Positions 58,704-64,000 of a stretch of 64,000 bases of DNA are shown here, piece by piece. This DNA is from Zancudomyces culisetae HAW-14-8 (Eukaryota; Fungi; Kickxellomycota). The stretch spans positions 1,178,001 to 1,242,000 of the forward strand of contig JBNJNM010000021.1 of assembly GCA_052426225.1 (NCBI GenBank), written 5' to 3'. The translations under genes were made by a program, and so were the position numbers. The notes below the pieces were generated by a model that was given only the letters and a program-made list of their open reading frames with translations, ran no database searches and had not been told where the DNA came from. Position 1 is the first letter of the stretch, and every line of letters starts with the position of its first letter.

Positions 58704-61229
58704 TCAAGGTACAAGTGAAAGGAGAGAATCAATGCATGAGGTTTCCTCAAGCCTAGACGAATGGCGTGATACTGTTTTGAGTAGCTCCAGAGTCTGATTA
58801 AACATGTAATACTCGGAACTTTTGATATTTTCTAACCCGGTGGCTTCAGACCTTTGTGACTGTTCTTGTAGAATGCCCTTCAGAGTTTTATACAGCGAGC
58901 TGCTTCCAGTTTTTGTAGTCAACTCGGTATTCATCTGGTTCACTACCAATTGCGCTATTTCGTTTCAACAATAATTAATTACAAAAAAAAAAAGAGAGAG
59001 AAAAAGTTCCTGCCAATCTATTTTTTTTCAAAGTTTGTGATTATTAGCTGAACTGATTCAATATAAATTAGCATACCATATTGCTCAGATACCGCAGACA
59101 GGATACAAAGACCCTGTAACCCTTCTTGTCGAGTGATCTGATATTTCTTGTCATCATAGACCACAATCAATTTGATGATGGGTAAAAAAACATCAATCGG
59201 CTTTAGAACTTGTTCAAATTGATCTACAGAAAAGAATACAAATAAAGAGTGTGAGTGTATTGGTTTACAGTTGAGTTGCTATACATGTCAAATATGGATA
59301 TAATGTGCTTACTTGAGTCGAATTTTTTAGTATCCAAGAATACTGATTTGATGAACAAAATCAACAATCGTGTACCCTCACAGATCACTGCATCTATATC
59401 ACTATTCTCGATAACACTAACCAGTGTGTTAATAAAAAGTAAATTTTTGTTGTTATCAGATGTGTTAGAACTATCGTTTTTGTTAGATACTGCTGGCATT
59501 AGCAGTACATCACATGCTCTATGCTTAGATTCGCTGTTGGGCATAATCATCCTTTTAAGAATGCCAATAGAATCAAACAAAATGGGGACCATGCTGCTGT
59601 CTAACCACAGTACAGCATTTTCAAGTACGCCAAACTCTGCCATCTTTAGTTTGTATTCGTTAAAAACACAGAGATTCTTCAAAAGCCCAGATGCTGCACA
59701 GCTACTTCGGATATCCCTATATGTATTTTTTCTGGAATACCAGTTTTCTACAACACTACGGATATCCAGTGTATCAACAATATATTTACTCGCAGCGTCA
59801 TTACGACATAGATTCCCAAAAAATAACAGTGATGAATATCCCATCCCTTCAACTACAATCCGGCACTTTTCCTGGGGATTTCCCGTTAGATTTGCCGCGA
59901 GTGAGTCGAGCAACTCCTTGTCGCTCAGGATTTTGTCTATGCACGAGTCATTTGAAGTGATACTTAAAAGTGTGACAATCAACATCTCTATTCTTTTTGG
60001 ATAGGCTATTGGCGTGTGTGTTGGGTGTTCATCTCCCGTTTCCGCAGGAATGTCTTTTCCCAAGAGGAATTTAAGCAACTCAAATAACTTTTGTATTAAT
60101 TTATTTTCCACAACTTGTTTGGATATAGCTTCTATTGTATTAATTTACGCATATTGTGAACAAGTTAGATATTAAATATAAGAGGTAAATTGCTCTAATA
60201 CATTACCACTAGCTTGACATATTCTACTTAGTGTGAATATCATGGTTTCTCTACTTGAATCCCAAATTCCGGTGGTTGTTGACAAATGTAGATAGTTTAT
60301 CATTGATTCCAGAAGAGTGGAATCGTTCGCAAAGATATCTACATAAACAGTTCCTATTTGAAGATAAATAATTCAAAGTCAATTATTGTATGCCTTAGGG
60401 GGGCTTTATTTTGTTTAGTTGCAGTATCAATGGAATTATCTACAAAGAAAAAATTCAAGTTGTGGAAAATACTAGATTAATAATACAATTTATTATTGTA
60501 GAGCTACGTACCGACACTGATCAATTCATCCAAGATCTCGGCAGAGTTATCTATTGCATATTCCCAATAATCCGAGTGGATAAGCTCGGCTAAGCTCCTG
60601 TATTCGCTGTGTGCCTTTGCACAAAGATTTTCAAGCTCGAATATTCGGACAAGTTGAGTATATGAATCTTTGTTAGTGCTCATAAGTTCTGTGTTTTTCT
60701 TGGTCGAGTAATTTACATTAAACAAGGCTGACATTAAGATTCCTGTCAAGCGAACGATATCTATGGCAAAATCTTGTTGATGCTCACTTTGCGAATTTCG
60801 CTCTACAAAGTATTGGATTTTATTGTTGAGATTTTTCAATAACGTAAACAAATTGCCTATATTTGAACTGTCCAACATAAAAGCAGCATTAGTTTCTGCC
60901 TCCTTGTTGTCTGCATACACATTATTTAGCAACCGCAAGGATTGTTCAATCACTTTTAAACTTGTATTGGTTTGTTCATTTCTATCTTCCTCAAAGAGAC
61001 TGCTCTCAGTTGCTGCCTTTTGTACAAGCCCCAACACTAATTTAATACCGTGATTACTGCCAACCAACATCCGATTCGCAGATTCTCTGCTGAGATTTGC
61101 TAGATTTTCGATCGCATTGCTAATATTTAACAGGACCTGGATGTCGCTCTTGCTTATGATCTCGTTTGTTTGATCAATATAAAGTTTGAGTTTTTCAATG
61201 TTTGATGTTATTTCGATTTCCATTTCCAT
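58704..61229 (-). CDS. Armadillo-repeat SmgGDS/RAP1GDS1-like small-GTPase chaperone/GEF, multi-exon (internal boundaries approximate)
   Basis: ORFs 61229-60504, 60111-59224 and 58949-58704 separated by GT-AG introns. LFFGNLCRND, AASGLLKNLCV...KLKMAEFGVLE...SIGILKRMI and CEGTRLL resemble SmgGDS repeats. Confidence 0.75.
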
Positions 61230-64000
61230 TTCTAGCTAGGGTGCTCTAGAAGGTGATTTGGATGCTTAATGGTTTGGAATGATTGCAATGAGTTTTGTTT
61301 GTTTATTTGTTTGTTTTGATTTTCAATAATTGGTATAATTAATTAAAGGCTTTAAATTTTAATTTTCGGCGCATTTCCCGATCAGCCAATAATCCAGAAT
61401 GTAGTACTAATTCTGGGAAGGAGATACATTCAGATTAGACATTTGCTCAAGCCAAGGATGCCTCAACAATAATACACAGAACGAGCCAACTGCATCTCAT
61501 GTGAATAAAAGTGGTCAAAACGTTTATACTTATCCTGTAAATATAGGGTTTTTATGTGGTGCACGGATGACTCCAAAGCTTGTTCGTATGTTGTAGGAAA
61601 GAGAGAGAGTATATTCAATGACATGTCTAGTCTCTCTTTGGATGTTATAGTTTCAATGGCCATAAAGTATTTGTATAACCTTAAAAGTTATATTTCTAGC
61701 TACTTTCATATTAAAAACCAATATTTCGGCCTTATTTACATTTAGGCCGAGATCAATACAATCACAAACTAATTAAACCCTACAAAAAAAAACTCCCTTT
61801 TAATTGTGGGATATCTCGGATCTCCAATTCAAAGACATCAAATTAAATATACATGTAATTAACGGATCTCAAGTAATGTAAACTTGGGTCAATATATGCC
61901 TGAACCAAAGGTAATGATAAAGTAGTAGTGCTAGATGCTTGGGTATACCCCCCCCCACTGATTTCTTTTTTTTGTGTACAAAATCGTGGAGAGTTACATT
62001 TATCAAACATCCAAATATATGGCATTTCTATAAAGTTAAGGCGTACATCGGTACACTAACCAAAAAATAAACGACCTATAATCCAATCGCAGGAGTGGGA
62101 TCATCAAGATGTCGTATTTATTTAGTGTTTTTCGGGTTTTCTATATATCATTAGTTTACTTACATATTCCTGGTATTCCAATATTTTTGAATAGTGAAAT
62201 ATAAAGTTGTAGTATTTAATTCGGACCATTGCGCAATAATAAAAAAAAGGTACATTGATCAAAATGCCATTTCCAGCATAGACAAAAAAAAATATCTGGA
62301 GATAAACTTCGGTAAGTAATTGGACGAAAATATGGTAGACTTCGATATTTTTGGACACTCCGTCTGGTGGGGAATATGCGAGGAGCACTGTGCTGAATCA
62401 TATCTCAGCGATAACATGCTTTTCTATAAAAAAAAACAACAAAAAAAACGAACAAAACGCAAAAATAACTGAACACAAGTGCGGATTACCAACCCACTCA
62501 GTCCCAAAAAGTATTATTTTTAATTTGGTAACCTTCCAAAGTTTCAAGCAGCTAAAAATAATCATTGAGCATGGAGAAATTATGCAATATTGTAGTGCTA
62601 TTGGCCAGTGTGGCTTTCTTGAAATTGTTAATAAGTGATGTCGGCAACAGCGAATATTATTTAAATTGGGTTCTATTTTTCATTTGGGAAAAACATTGAT
62701 TTTCCATTTTTCTGCATTTTCCTGCAAACTACAAATTAAAACCCGCAGCGTATCTTAAATAGTACGCCAATTAAGAGATGAAAAAAGTTTTTTGAGGATC
62801 AGGTGTGGTGTGAAATGTGTTTACTATTTCAAGTCATAAACTGGTGCAAAAAAAAATTTTTTTTAAAAAGTTTCAAAGGTTTTGCACAGATTATTAAATG
62901 GAAATTCCTAGAAACGTTCCAAAAGATGTGAGAGCATGAATTCCCCCAGTTTGCCGAATCTCAAGTTACCAATCCAAAACGCTTGAATAAAAAATTGGTG
63001 TCAAAATGGTTTGAGGTTGGTAGGAGCAGGTTGTTACCACTTTGATGAAACTCAATGCCGCAGGATGACTGGCCATGGTAAATCAGAACCTGTATAGTGA
63101 GAAGTTTTTGGTAGTTACAAAACGGGGCATGGTCAGGTGGAATTGAGTGAATAACATACAAGAAAAAAAATAAAAAGTACAGAAACAGTTGTTCTGCAAA
63201 TTGTATGCATGGTTTGGTTTCAAGTAATTGGTTTGGGATAGGACCTTTTCCCTTTTGTTTTTAGAAAAACCTACATTGTTAATGTATAGTATATAACACT
63301 GTTTTTCCAAATATTCTTTTATATGGAAATGATATTTTTTTATCTGGAAATGTATGTAAACGAATAGTACAAGAATAGGGAAAGTGAGGTAAATTGGATA
63401 GTTAAAAAAAAGATGTGTTTGATATCACCAATAGTTCAGAGTTGCTATTTATCAATTTATCTTGATTTCATCAGTCATTTGCAAAACAGGCCAGGTTCCA
63501 TTTTACAAGGGGGGGGGAAAGTACAAAAAGAATAAGGGGCGAGGGAGCCAAAGGGAGGAAAAGAAATGCGGGAAAATTGGTTCCAATTTGTAATAGATTT
63601 CTGTCCATAGATAATCTTTCCGAAATTGTTTTAAAAACATAATTTGATTACAAAATCTTATAGGGGGATAAGAAATCTTCGGAAAAGACGAAAAGACCGC
63701 CATTTGCTTTTTTTATTTTTATTTTTATTTTTAACGATTCAGGTCAATTTTTAAACAAAATCGACTAGATAGTTAATGTAAATGATGCCCAAAAAAAAAA
63801 GAAATGACTTGCCTGGTTTGGTAAGTAAAACATTCCCTTTAGCTTGATTCTTTTTTTTCTGAGCAGTGCCAGCACAAAAAAGAAAACTATGCAATAATCA
63901 AAAGACAGAAAGAGAAAAGAGCGTGGAAGTGGGGGGGGGTGGGAGGAATGTTGACTGTGCTTATCTGTCCAACAAGCATTCTCCAACCAAACAGGTATTA

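Noticed and set aside
59255-60004. 249-aa plus-strand ORF
   Set aside because: Antisense shadow of the ARM-repeat exon; no motifs.
63060-63105. SECIS-like pattern ATGA...AAA...GA
   Set aside because: Helix II pairs poorly and no upstream UGA-containing CDS was identified.

Overview
Eukaryotic, intron-containing, AT-rich DNA from a fungus; an early-diverging lineage such as Harpellales/Kickxellomycotina is plausible but inferred. Bases 1-13.5 kb are three Ty3/Gypsy (Metaviridae) LTR retrotransposons from two families: A (minus, truncated by the window edge), B (plus) and C (minus). They are stacked only 3 and 7 bp apart and end 7 bp upstream of a tRNA-His(GTG) gene. Removing B and C via their 4-bp AACA target-site duplications puts all three insertion sites within 10 bp of the tRNA 5' end. 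Two 427-bp candidate solo LTRs of a third family lie just downstream of the same tRNA. After an AT-rich stretch (14.5-17.8 kb) come host genes: a 2246-aa multi-ASH/PapD-like protein, NMA111, GFA1, CLU1, an animal-type selenocysteine lyase, a 7-exon gene with an SMN-like N-terminus, a split-RGS protein, a TALE homeobox gene, BUD27/URI, MND1 and a SmgGDS/RAP1GDS1-like ARM protein. The best candidate for an undescribed system is the tRNA-gene-targeted, self-stacking retrotransposon array. Supporting details are a shared non-chromodomain integrase tail, a PBS displaced 19-22 nt from the LTR in one family, a conserved U3 hairpin, and TATA-like boxes at the tRNA-facing LTR ends.
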